Source of the DNA: Cirrosporium novae-zelandiae
Lineage: Eukaryota
Assembly: GCA_026023565.1 (NCBI GenBank)
Contig: JAPETS010000004.1
Coordinates: 124,001 to 188,000 of the forward strand
Direction: 5' to 3'
DNA length: 64,000 bases
Part shown: piece after piece, positions 37,731-49,284 of the stretch
Layout: every line of letters starts with the position of its first letter
Position numbering within the stretch: the stretch's first letter is position 1
Position numbers and translations under genes: made by a program
Notes under the pieces: generated by a model
Told to the model about the DNA's origin: nothing
The model's database searches: none
What the model saw: only the letters and a program-made list of their open reading frames with translations

Positions 37731-39365
37731 TCAAACAGACATCGTCTGCAGCCACTTTGCCCCGAGCAAGTCGGTGGCGCTCGGTCTCTCCTCCGGGGCT
37801 AATCTTAGCATTGAAGTAATAAATTCCACGAAATCCTTCTCCTCCTCCTCCTCCTCCTCCTCCTCGATCACGAGACTAGACTTATCAATGAAGCCCTCAA
37901 ACGAGGATGACAGGGAGGGGGATTTCGACGACAGGGTTCCTGGAGTTTCGTTGGTAGGGCGTGGCATAGGTGTGTGCGTGCGGGAAAGGGAATTTGCCAT
38001 CTGAATTATAATACATAGCGGCAGTCCACGAGCTCGCCAACAGGGCCTTCGGCATGGGACCTAATAGCGCCTGTATCTGAGCTAGGTGAGACTTGAAGTC
38101 ATATAGGGATGATAGAGTTGCGCGGCTGTCGAAAAGAATTTTTCCTGTTGCGAACTCCCAGATCTAGCGGCAGCGTTTTTTTTGTCAAGCCATTGTAGAT
38201 AAAGCGGGATACGGCTTAGAAGAGACGAGGAGTGACTCACAATAGCACCCAGGTTCCAGATATCAGCGCTCGAATCCCATTTAGCGCCGAGGATTACCTC
38301 TGGTGCCCGTAACATCTTGGGCTGGATATTTTCGAGGAAGTGCTTGTCGAACCAGCTCGCTAGAAAGTTTTAGTGGGAATCAAAGCTAAAGTAGTGTGTT
38401 GTCATTTTTCATTCAAAGATATGGAAAACTTACAGGTTCCGAAGTCATTTAGCCTCACCGAAAAGTCCTCTGGGGGAGCAGATAGATCCTCAGTCGCCGA
38501 CGCTACCACCTCAGACTGCATGTAGAAGTCATTAGGAGGGTCTAAAGGCGGAGAAGGTTGGCGAAAAGCACTCGAGGGGAGACTCTCGAAAATCTCGTTG
38601 ATTTCTGTAGTTTCAATGAGAATATTCTGCGGTTTTATGTCTAAGGAATGCATTGGGAATTGAGTTAGCCGATGGGGTTCTGCGATCTTCCATTCGTTCA
38701 AAAGGGGAGGGGGGGGTCCAAACTTGCCCATATGTATGACCCTACACGATTGGTGCAGGTATGCCAATGCGAGTAGCAGTTGCTTTGAGATCTTCTTTAA
38801 TAGTGGCATCGGTATTATACGTTCTGGGAAAAGCCACAAGTACGTCCTCAAGTCTGGTCCCATGGCCTTGAAGACTAAACACAGGTGTTCTCCATGGGGA
38901 CCTTGATGCTGAAAGTGGTCGAGAAGACCTAGGATGTGCTTGGCTCCCGGGTTAGATGGGTTTGTAGTTTTTATATGTTCTAAGATGCTGAGCTCGAAGG
39001 TATCATTTTGTCCTCCGTAAGTGTAGGCTCTTAAGATCTTGAGTGCTAGGTGGCGATTGGTCCTGATGGATCTATTAGCCGAATGGACCCTCTTGTGAAA
39101 ATTGGTTTAATCTGCTATGAGTATACAGGCTCTAGGAAGTATGTATTGAGAATGCACGCGACGATGACTTGAGGTTACCCATATTCACAATTACTCACTC
39201 CAGATCGCGAACGAGCCAAACGGTAGAGTAACCCCCATATCCGAGCTTACGCACCACCTCGTACTTTCCATTGCTGAAGCTGTTACCAATTCGCATAGGA
39301 TGGTATCCACCTTGGCGATAGTCTGCAAAGGTCTCTTCCAATAGATTATCATTAGCGAATATTAT
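37731..39365 (-). CDS. SRPK-like (CMGC) serine/threonine kinase; start not resolved; two introns with GC donors (38641-38727, 37940-37997)
   Basis: YRQGGYHPMRIG, KLGYGGYSTVWL, ALKI, GPHGEHLCLV, IHMDIKPQNIL, DFG, IQPKMLRAPEVILG, DIWNLG, MLRLAPEERPSATDLL. Confidence 0.8.
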
Positions 39366-39507
39366 CTATCAACTCATAAACTAAGCTCTGATCTCCTCCA
39401 TGAATCAAATACAATGCCGAAACTATGCTGATACTATACTAGTTAATCTTACGTTTAAGGAGGGGGGTTAGGGGAGAAGTCTATATTACCGAGTATAAAA
39501 GTGTTCT

Positions 39508-39951
39508 TTATACGAGGCCTAAAACAGTCATCGCCTCTTTAGCATGAATCATGCCCCCATCGAGGTAAACCGCACCAAGAACGGCTTCAATAGTATCGGC
39601 CATGGTTCGAGGAGCCACGACTCTTCCTTGAGAAGGATTACCCTGGACGAAACTATCGAGGCCCTTGTTTCGGCCAACAAGATTGAGGTTTATATTGCTT
39701 GCTATTTGTTGTAACTTTCGATCGGCTTCTACTTTTGCTCCACCATTAATGTACCAAGTTTCGATGAGCGCAGATCTCAATATTGCATCGCCTACGATAG
39801 CGAGCCGCTTATTCCCCTCGGCGAGGCAGTGATTCCCGATAACAGGGAATAGAGAACCGGGAGCGTGAAGTGCTTCCCATAAAATAGAGCGATCCATGAA
39901 CCGATAGCCGATGATGACTTCGACGCTGCTGATGATAGAGTTTTGATCCAT
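39508..39951 (-). CDS. Stand-alone single-domain RNase III protein (147 aa, no dsRBD)
   Basis: IGYRF.DRSILWEALH, GNKRLAIVGDAIL, ASNINL, MADTIEAVLGAVYLDGG; intronless; TATATAAA-like element ~170 bp upstream. Confidence 0.85.
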   Translation of the reverse strand: MDQNSIISSVEVIIGYRFMDRSILWEALHAPGSLFPVIGNHCLAEGNKRLAIVGDAILRSALIETWYINGGAKVEADRKLQQIASNINLNLVGRNKGLDSFVQGNPSQGRVVAPRTMADTIEAVLGAVYLDGGMIHAKEAMTVLGLV

Positions 39952-40450
39952 GCCGGGTTCTCGATAACGTCGAGTGGTTGGTTGTGCTAGGAAAGAGTTG
40001 GGGCGATGAGTTCTGGAAGTAGGTAATGGGGTTAAAGATGAATCAATAGGTGTTAAAACCAGGCGAGTGAACAATGAGAAGATTGTGGTGCTGCAACTGG
40101 GGGAGCAGTGTCCGAATATATAAATATGGAGATGACGGACATAGGACCGTTTAACCGCCAGAATTCACGACGAAGGTGGCTGTGTAGCTAGTCACGGCTC
40201 AGCTATGATCAACCCTAGTGAAGGGAGGCAGGACAAACAGGGTCGAGGGGGTATAGAGACTAGGTAGAGTTTTTGGCTGAATGATGCTTATATTACCCTT
40301 TAAATAAGCTGTATATTTGGCTATTCTAGTTATTTGCCTTGAAACATTGTTTATTCTATTCTCACAGCTCCTGTCTAGATGTTCAAAACCTACAATCTTT
40401 TCACAATGTTTTTTAATAACGATCTTATTTCATCAGGGTAGCCAGCCTAT

Positions 40451-43400
40451 CTACATTGGCTGAAGTCGGACTTCAAGAGCGGATACTGTCTCTTGGGCGT
40501 TGCCTGGCTTACCCCATCCACCACCACCTAAGCAATCAAAGATCGCATGTCAGTATATTCTCTGATTGGTTCAACATAAAGACGGGAGCTAATTTTCGCT
40601 TACCAGGAGTGTTAATCTGCATTATTTCCCCCACCTGGAGATTTACTACAGCCTTTCCGCCTAGGCTGATCTTCTCCAGTGCCCCCTTCGCATTCTTCTT
40701 GAACATGTAGTTCTTCCCAAGCCCTCCGGGGTATCCCCCGTGCATGCCGTACGGGTTATACACTCTACGTTCAGAGAGGATGCTAAATTTCAGAGGTACC
40801 CGTGCCTCGATCTCTCTCACGATTCCATCTCCCCCGTTGAACTTTCCCTTACCCCCAGAGCCTCTTCGGATTTCGTATTTCCGAACCAGCACCGGTGTGC
40901 GTTTCTCGATAATCTCGGCGTCAGTATTCTTGGTGTTTGTGGCGTGGACATTAACACCATGCGCACCATGCCAGGTTGGCCCTGCACCACTGCCACCACC
41001 TAAGGCTTCGCCGTAATTCCAGCCTGGCCTGACAATGCCGGTTCTGGGATCTTTGCCACCCATGCCCCAACCAAAGCTGTTGGCACAGCCTTGCGCCGCT
41101 GCACACGAGTCAAATGCTTTGAATATCACATCTGTGATGCGCTGGCTGGCAATAGTGGAGCCACAGATGGCCACTGTTGGAGAGGGGTTGAGAATGGTGC
41201 CTTTGGGGATACGGATATGAACTGGATTTAGGCAGCCTTGGTTGAGGGGAATTTCTAGGTCTATTAGACACCGCAATGCATAAATGACAGCAGAGTGGGT
41301 TATCGAAATTGGAGAATTCATATTTCCATATGTTTGAGGGCCAGTGCCTTTGAAATCAAAGACCGCAGTTCCATCTTTACCGTTGATTGTAATTTCTAAA
41401 GCAACCGGCGTTCCATCGTCATAGAAATCGACCGCTTTTAGAGACTTTCCTTTTGTTTTCTTATAGGTCTCTCGGAGGAAATTTTTAATAGCCACCTCAG
41501 CATTCGCTTGGATGCCTCGCATGTATTTATGGACAACCGGGAGGCTATATTCCTCACATAAGCGACCAATGAGGTTGATTCCTCTCTGGTTTGCAGACAC
41601 CTGGGCTTTGAGATCGGAAATGTTGTCATTGATCCGCCGTGAAGCACTGCAGCCCGGATTTTGTGCTACTGATTCAAAGGCGTCCCTGATTTCGTTTTCC
41701 AAGAACTTGCCACCGCTAACAATCTTTAAAGACTTGATGGAAACGCCTTCCTCCCATAGTTCCTTAGAATCGGGGACCATAGAAGTTATACCACTAAAAA
41801 TAGACGATGAGAATTTATAAAACTATTAACTAAAGCGAAAGAAGACTTACATTCCGCCAATATCGGTGTGATGGCCTCGGGATGCGACATAAAAAATCAA
41901 CTTATCTTCGTAAAAGGCTGGTGTAATCACCGTCAGATCTGGCAAGTGTGTACCACCAGCCTCCGGATGATTCGTTAGTAGCACATCTCCAGGTCTTAAT
42001 TTATCACCCCACATCCGGTGCTGATATTGAATTGCATACTGCATGCTTCCTAGATGAACAGGGATATGCGGAGCATTGGCGACAAGAGCACCATCGTCTG
42101 AAAAGATCGCGCATGAGAAGTCAAGCCTTTCTTTAATGCTTGTACTAATTGATGTTCGCTGTAGGGTATTACCCATCTGTTCAGCAATTGACATGAAGCG
42201 ATTCGCAAAGACCGAAAGTTGCACAGGGTTGGTTCGCTCCTCAGAGATGACATCTCTTGGCTTTTCCTCTTGCACTTTTTCGATAATAACATGGCTAGAA
42301 GTGATAAAGGAGTTGAATCCCGATTCTACCAAGATTGTCTGCGTTTTATCCGTGATTAGTGCAGGACCCTGATATCAAAGTTAGATCAAGCTTCCTTAAT
42401 TCTTATTCAGAAGATATCACCTTAATATGGGAACGGCTCTGAAGGCCGTCCAGTTCGAAAATAGGAACTTCTTGCCAACCATCGTTCAAAAACACTTGCT
42501 GTGCTGAAGATTGCAGGGGAACAACTCTATCTCTTTTCGCGAGTTCAAGTTCTTTGAAAAGTGAGTTCACTCCACGCTCATAGCCTTGCTTCCCTATTCC
42601 CCGAACTTTGATACTGTCAACAAGAATATCTTTGTTTGAAGAGAAGGCGAATTCACGGAGGTGTTCCCTGGTGAACACAGCACCGTAATCCTCATCGGGT
42701 GGCTGAACAATTGGAATATTCGTATTCATGCCTTTATACCGAAGACTTAGATAAGTTTTGAACTCGATGAAACCCTCCTTGACTCCTTGAGAACAGAGGT
42801 CATTTTCAACTCTGGCCTGTAATATTTGGGCACGTTCGCTAATCCTAGGAAGTGCATCCATAGAAAATACCAATGCTGATGGTTCACTCGCTTCCGATTC
42901 AATTTCAGCCAAAGATATACCATGTGCCGAAAGGACAGAAGAATACTTGTGAATTAGGATGCGTTGAATACCAAGATTGGATGCAATTGCACAAGCGTGT
43001 TGTCCTCCAGCTCCCCCAAAACTAACTAAATTATGGTCATAGGTAGCAAATCCTCGAGCTTCAGTGATATTCCTAATGGGCCGGCTCATACTTTCATTGG
43101 CGACTTTGATAAATCCCAGTGCCACCTGTTCTAGTGTATATAGGGTATTAGACTGTTCATTAACACTATCCGTTATCTCTTGGAATTTCTTAGTCACAAC
43201 TGAAACATCTAGTGGTTGATCTGCATCATCTCCAAATATGGATGGGAACGAAGATAGGACCAATCGCCCAAGAAACAAGTTCGCATCAGTAATTGTCAAT
43301 GGGCCACCTTTTCGGTAGCAAGCTGGGCCTGGATGAGCACCAGCACTCTCTGGTCCGACAACCAGAAGACCATTCCTGGCAAAAAGTATAGAGCCACCAC

Positions 43401-44917
43401 CAGCAGCAACTGTAGATATATTAAGCATCGGAGTAGAGATTGCGCGACCGGCGATTGTTGTATCTAAGATATGTTCGAAATTACCGGAGTATCGTGAGAC
43501 ATCGGTACTCGTACCTAAGCCACCATTAATATTCTCACTTTTTTCAAGCGTTGAATAATGATGAGGGGATCTCACCCCCCATGTCAAAGCCAATTATTGC
43601 AGTACCCTCCTCAGGGTCATAACAAGAACGGGCGATACCAACTACTCCACCAGCTGGGCCACTCAGAAGCGCAGGGTTTCCAGAAAATGTCTGGGAATTT
43701 TTCAGGCCCCCATCAGAGCACATGAAGTCAACCCTTTGAGGAGGATCCTTGAATCTCGAGAGAAATCCATCAACGTATCTCCGTACTATCGGGGATAAAT
43801 AGGCATCCACACAGGCAGCGGTTGTTCTCCGTAATATCTTGATGTTGGGACTCAACTGGGAAGAACTCGAGATAAATTCAAAGCCCATATCTCTAGCAAG
43901 AGATGCTACAATCATTTCATGGTCGGGAAAGATATGAGAATGCATGAGGCAAATTGCAATGGAAGAGAAGCCATCTTGCCGTAGGCGTCGAAGTTGGTCT
44001 TTTGTCGTCTCGATATCCAACTCTTGAATAATTCGAATAACTTCGCCGCTAGCTGTCTTAACCAACTTTTTATCATTTTCATCAAATTCGGTTTTGGGAT
44101 ATGGATTCAGATCATAGTCTTCGATTGTGACTCGCTCATCTAACTCAACTACACGGGAGAATAATACTTCTGGTTTTCGGATGTTGAGGTCGAACAGACG
44201 GGGCCTTGATTGATCACCAAGTTCAGCGACATCCTTCATGCCTTCTCACGTTAGCAGGCTCTTCTATTTGTGCTGTTTTTAGCATGATCACAGTGGTTGC
44301 AACTAGCCAAGCCAAGTCAAGGCTATGCTGCTTATGCTTGAAAGTGCTCTTAACGTCGTGCGTGCAAGGATATTCGTAATTAGAATATTCACCACTTCCT
44401 AGTTCATAGCTTGTGCTGGAATCAGCCATGACTTGGATTGGCTTATTGCGAACATTGGTTGAGAATAGTACCTTTAGTTGTCAATAGCGCAAAGCGTTCC
44501 CCCTTTTGTTCCAGAAGCGCATTCGTCGCAACGGTTGTTCCAATCCGACATGATTCTATTATATTTCTTTTATTAGGGCACATTCTTTATTTCCAGCCAG
44601 TACGGCTATTTCCTCATAGCTACAAACCAATTCTGGAGCCATCCAACTTTTCTCCTACGGGTATAGATCGTCCTTCCACGGCCTCAAGTATTCGCCTTAT
44701 AGTCTCATATGGGGCATCAGGGTAATTTCGAGGATCTTCTGAAAGTAACTTGAGTATGATATCTTCTCGTCCTGGGATTTGCGCAATTCCATCACAAAAT
44801 GTGCCTCCTCGATCTATTATTCAGCCTCTAATCAGCCCTTCATCCTTCAATCACAAGACCAGAGTCAAATAGTTGCATACCAATTGAGATTCTGATACCA
44901 GGTGATATATTTGCCAT
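40451..44917 (-). CDS. 5-oxoprolinase / ATP-dependent hydantoinase A+B fusion, divergent paralogue (~1283 aa); exons 44881-44917, 44628-44813, 44472-44555, 43576-44241, 42421-43514, 41851-42368, 40604-41793, 40451-40527
   Basis: [103 protein letters not shown]. Confidence 0.93.
44305..44443. repeat. Inverted repeat (20-bp arms, 18/20 match) inside the 230-nt third intron of the oxoprolinase gene
   Basis: AGCCAAGCCAAGTCAAGGCT (44305-44324) versus AGCCATGACTTGGATTGGCT (44424-44443). Confidence 0.75.
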
Positions 44918-45465
44918 CTTGATAGATAGCAACCAAATTTTGGCGCCATCTTGCAGTCGCTGGTTTATTTCATATATACTATGATGAATCCGCTATCGAT
45001 AAAATGATAGGCACAGAACGAACTCTGTCGGATCCTTGTCTTAACCTTAACACGCATAGCTCAGCGAGGTCGGAGAATTGCGATATCATTGAACAAAAAG
45101 GTGAGGAGGATAGTTTTTACTAAATGCGGTAATTTATGTCGGCCCAGTCCCGCTATCACTCGATAAAAGAGGCGAAAAAAAAAGGTGTATCTAATATCAT
45201 AAATGCACTTGATAATCAAGTCATTTTAGGACAGATATCGCCATTGCACCCAAACCCATATTTGAAGGTGAAATTATGGAGGAATTGTAATGATGAGATT
45301 ACTTCTTCCCGAGGTCGGAATAATGCCAAGATTCAGATTAATGAAGCTCCGTCTCCCACGCCTTCACTTCAACGGTGTAACGGGTACTTACACAATAATC
45401 AAGACAATTCATTGTCACCATGCCTCTCACATACTCTCCACAGCGTCTCCCAATGAGATCCTACC

Positions 45466-47514
45466 ATGGAAAGCTCCTTTCATCGCTTTCGTGTCTCTCG
45501 CCCATCTGATCCTCCACAGTCCTTACCTTCTAGTCCTTCGGCTTTAGCACGCACACGCCAGGAAATAGCATTTGACAAAGCACCATCAGCCTGTCATCGT
45601 TGTCGGCGATTGAAGAAGAAATGTAGTAGGACAACTCCGGAGTGTACGCTATGTGTTGCTGCTGGAGTGCGATGTTCCTTTCCCGACAATTTCATATCAC
45701 CAAAACGTGCCAAACAGCTCGAGGAAAGGATAGCATGGCTCTCTAAATGCGTTAACGATGCCCTACCCGTTGATTGCCCTTCTGTTGAATCAATTGATAC
45801 AGGCACAAATATCAATTTGTCGTCGAGTACTTCTATTGGATATCCTGAAAGAAATCTAGATACGACTCCATCAGGATCAAGCTATAGGCATAATTCCACA
45901 GGCGAGCAGATTAGCACTAGTGGGTCATGCCTAAATTTTGACGACGACCAATCTTTACAACATCAGGAAGGTTCGGGTCCTGCGCATCACACCCCAAGGC
46001 CACCTATTCATCGAATGGCCCCAGAGTCGGCTGGACGCCAGTTTGTTAATGTTTACTTCAAACACGTCCATAGGGCCTACCCGTTTATCAATCGGGCTAA
46101 AGTCTTAGAGGACATCGAGGCCGTGGGAGACTTGACGGAAGACGGGATTGGTACAATATCAACGAAGCTATATATGATAATGGCCATTGGATGTACGACC
46201 CTTCAGCGTGCTGGGCGATTACCAGATGGCATTTTTGCCAAATTCAGGATATCATACGCGGATATAGTCCAAGAGTGCTTACACAAAAATAATATTGAAT
46301 CTATGGAAACACTCGTCCTTCTCGGACTATACTCTCTGTTCGATCCATCGGGATTATCCCCGTGGACAATTACTGGTATACTCTCACGTCAGGTGATTGC
46401 CCTTGGTCTAAGTCGAAAGTCACTACAAAGCAACAGGTCATCTCCTCACGAACTTGAGTTACAAAATCGATTATTTTGGAGCATCTACGTTTTCGATCGA
46501 ATGATCTCCGTATCTCTGGGGTTACCGGTTGGGATGAATGACGAAAAAGCAAATATACCCTTACCCAGTATCACCATGGAAGAATATACGTCTCCAGAAA
46601 GGACCACCCTTGCTGTTACTCTTCAAGTTAATCGACATATTATTTCTCTTCGGCAGATCGAAGAAAATATTCTAAAGAAAGTTCATCTACCCAATCAGAA
46701 TATGATCAGCTCTCTCAGCCAAGCAGATAAGTTTTCAATTATTCAAGATCTACGGTCTCAGGTTGAAGATTGGTACAGTCATGGATGTCTCCTTGTACCA
46801 CTGGAAATAGACCGAGATCGCATCCCATTTCACAACACAGTCCCTTGGTTAAATGTCCGTTACCACAATCTTCTTATCCTTCTTTATAGTCCGTCACATT
46901 TCCACTCCGACATATCCCTAGCACAACTCATGGATCTTCAACGATCGGCGCAAAGTTATGTTCAATCTAGTGCAGTACTGTTACAAAAGCACCAACTACC
47001 TCTGAACTGGATTACCCTTTATCGGCTAATTCCTATTTGTGCCGTCCTACTGTATTGTTTCGTGAGGCTGAAAGGAGTCCGAAGGCCATTTGACTCAAAA
47101 GAAGAAGTAGAAATATGTGCAGATATCCTTGACGCTTTTCCAGAACGATGGCAAATTGCTAAACGGAGCGCTCAAGTCTTTCGTCTCCTAGCTGTAGCCA
47201 CGAGCCCTGAGAATGTTGTAGCTTCCATTGACTCAATCATTAACCATGGAAACCTCGTCTCCGATTCTACCGCAGGAGTTGGGGACTCGGGTAGGGTTTC
47301 CCTTTCCTCGGTAGAAACTGAAGTCATGAGCCTGATCCGCGAGGTGCTTGGGGAAGCTAGTATATACAACTCGATTGATGGAACTGCAGATATTCTCGGC
47401 GAAGGAACTGATCTCCAACTTTTTGATAGATGTCGTTCAGCACTTCAAGCTAGTAATGATACTGATGACAGGGCCTGGTTCGCTGATTCGACTTGGAGCA
47501 TGGAATTTCTCTAA
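45466..47514 (+). CDS. Zn(II)2Cys6 transcription factor with fungal-specific TF (middle homology) domain
   Basis: ACHRCRRLKKKCSRTTPECTLCVAAGVRC; YFKHVHRAYPFIN; RLFWSIYVFDRMISVSLGLP. Confidence 0.95.
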   Translation: MESSFHRFRVSRPSDPPQSLPSSPSALARTRQEIAFDKAPSACHRCRRLKKKCSRTTPECTLCVAAGVRCSFPDNFISPKRAKQLEERIAWLSKCVNDALPVDCPSVESIDTGTNINLSSSTSIGYPERNLDTTPSGSSYRHNSTGEQISTSGSCLNFDDDQSLQHQEGSGPAHHTPRPPIHRMAPESAGRQFVNVYFKHVHRAYPFINRAKVLEDIEAVGDLTEDGIGTISTKLYMIMAIGCTTLQRAGRLPDGIFAKFRISYADIVQECLHKNNIESMETLVLLGLYSLFDPSGLSPWTITGILSRQVIALGLSRKSLQSNRSSPHELELQNRLFWSIYVFDRMISVSLGLPVGMNDEKANIPLPSITMEEYTSPERTTLAVTLQVNRHIISLRQIEENILKKVHLPNQNMISSLSQADKFSIIQDLRSQVEDWYSHGCLLVPLEIDRDRIPFHNTVPWLNVRYHNLLILLYSPSHFHSDISLAQLMDLQRSAQSYVQSSAVLLQKHQLPLNWITLYRLIPICAVLLYCFVRLKGVRRPFDSKEEVEICADILDAFPERWQIAKRSAQVFRLLAVATSPENVVASIDSIINHGNLVSDSTAGVGDSGRVSLSSVETEVMSLIREVLGEASIYNSIDGTADILGEGTDLQLFDRCRSALQASNDTDDRAWFADSTWSMEFL

Positions 47515-47766
47515 TATTTGTTTTGATAGACAGCACGAACCTAAATCAACAGATTTTGAGTGAAACCGTTTGATACACCTTGCAGAACATTACCTCGAAC
47601 CAATACTACAAATAAATTTTACTACTGGAATAAACTAGGTTTTAGTGGTTTTATTCTCACCACCTATGTGTGACTAAGGGTGGAACTAGCTAGTGGCTTC
47701 AGATTTGTTTCTCATACAGCCCACACCAGTCGGTCATTTTTACCTAGTGGCTTTCTAACGTGGCTT

Positions 47767-48848
47767 TTATTTTTTCAGAAAAGTACGAATTGTTTCTAAA
47801 ACAAGACTGTTCTTTTCTAGATGAACGCTGTGGTTGGCGTTAGGAATCATAACCAAAATCGAACCCGCAATCCCATTTGCAATCAAACGTGATTGATCTG
47901 ATTATAAAATTAGATGTAGTAGGGGAAGGGAGACTTCAACGGACATTACCTGGAGGACAGATCCAATCCTTTTCACCAACTACTATGAGCGTTTGTGCTG
48001 TGACTTCCTTTAATCTTGGTCGATAGTCGAAATACTTTTCTTTTTCTGAGTAAAGATCATCTTCAATAGCAATTACTTATTAGCTAGCCGCGCAGAGAAA
48101 ACTCATGTTTGGAGCTTACTATGCGTCTTCGCATGAAATACAGTTTCTCTATTACGCTTCAAACTAGCATTGGCGTCATAACTCTCAGTGTAGAGCGGTC
48201 CGAGGGCGAACATGACCAGCTGGAATTCACAATCATCCTCAAATGCGCCAAAGACCCCATCTACTAACATATCCTTTGACGCACATGGGGCTCTTGGCAG
48301 CCTCATTTCTAAGGTTTTCAAGGCCTCAGCTTCGTCTTGACCTATTAGTGAGGATGAAGGAGTAGGAGTTTTGAGGGGCTTACGATGCCAAGAAGGTGCT
48401 GTCCCTCGGAGGACCAAATGCGAGACGCAAGAAGCATACTCAATAGCATACTGCTGTGCAAGGTAGCCTCCAAAGCTCCCCCCTATAATAATTACTGCTA
48501 TATCTTTCCCCGCAAAATGCTGCCTCATGCCATCAATATCGTCAACAAGTTGGCGAAAGGTGAACGGCTCGGTCATTGAACTTTGCCCATGGCCACGGAA
48601 ATCAAACGACAGGACACGATATACGTCACCTAGCGGCGAATAGGCCTTGAAATCTGAATGGTGATCGCCTAGATAGAGGCAGGCAATCGTTAATATTGAC
48701 ATTGACTCGTATTTGAACAAGAAAGGATCCTACCGAAGCCCCGACCTCCATGCAGGGTAATAATCAAGGGGGTATCTTGAGGTCCGACTATGCGGTAGTG
48801 AAGCTGTGCACCATTGATGGTAACAAAACCCGAATTAGCCATATCCAT
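47767..48848 (-). CDS. Alpha/beta-hydrolase, proline-iminopeptidase-like (~285 aa); introns 48669-48733, ~48336-48383, 48061-48119, 47898-47949
   Basis: LHGGRG, FDFRGHGQS, GGSFGG nucleophile elbow, VGEKDWICPP (acid), NANHSVHLE (His). Confidence 0.88.
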
Positions 48849-49284
48849 GATTGAGATTTGGATGTCAAATATCTAAAATGTGCATATAAAGAGGTACTTA
48901 CCGGGAGGGAATTACAGGTGATCGGTTAATTAACTGATCGGTTCGGCTACTTACGGGTAAAGATATCGATATCGCCGGATATGACTAACTCCATCTAGCA
49001 ATTTTGGTCGGGGCCTAGCGCGACTACGATATCGGACGAAACAAACCTTCAAGGAATCTTGTTTATATTATTCATAGCAAGAGATAGCTCATGATGCTAT
49101 GCATATCAACCAATAGCATGACTCACATCAAGGTCTACCCAGCATGTGGGGAGCTGGATAAGAAAAGACAAAAGCCATGAAATTTACTTATGATAGACCC
49201 AATGGTTGAGAAATATATATCTGTCTCGACTGCTCGCCTTCATTCATTCAGCAGGACGGCTTGGCATCTCTCAGATCTCCAGCA

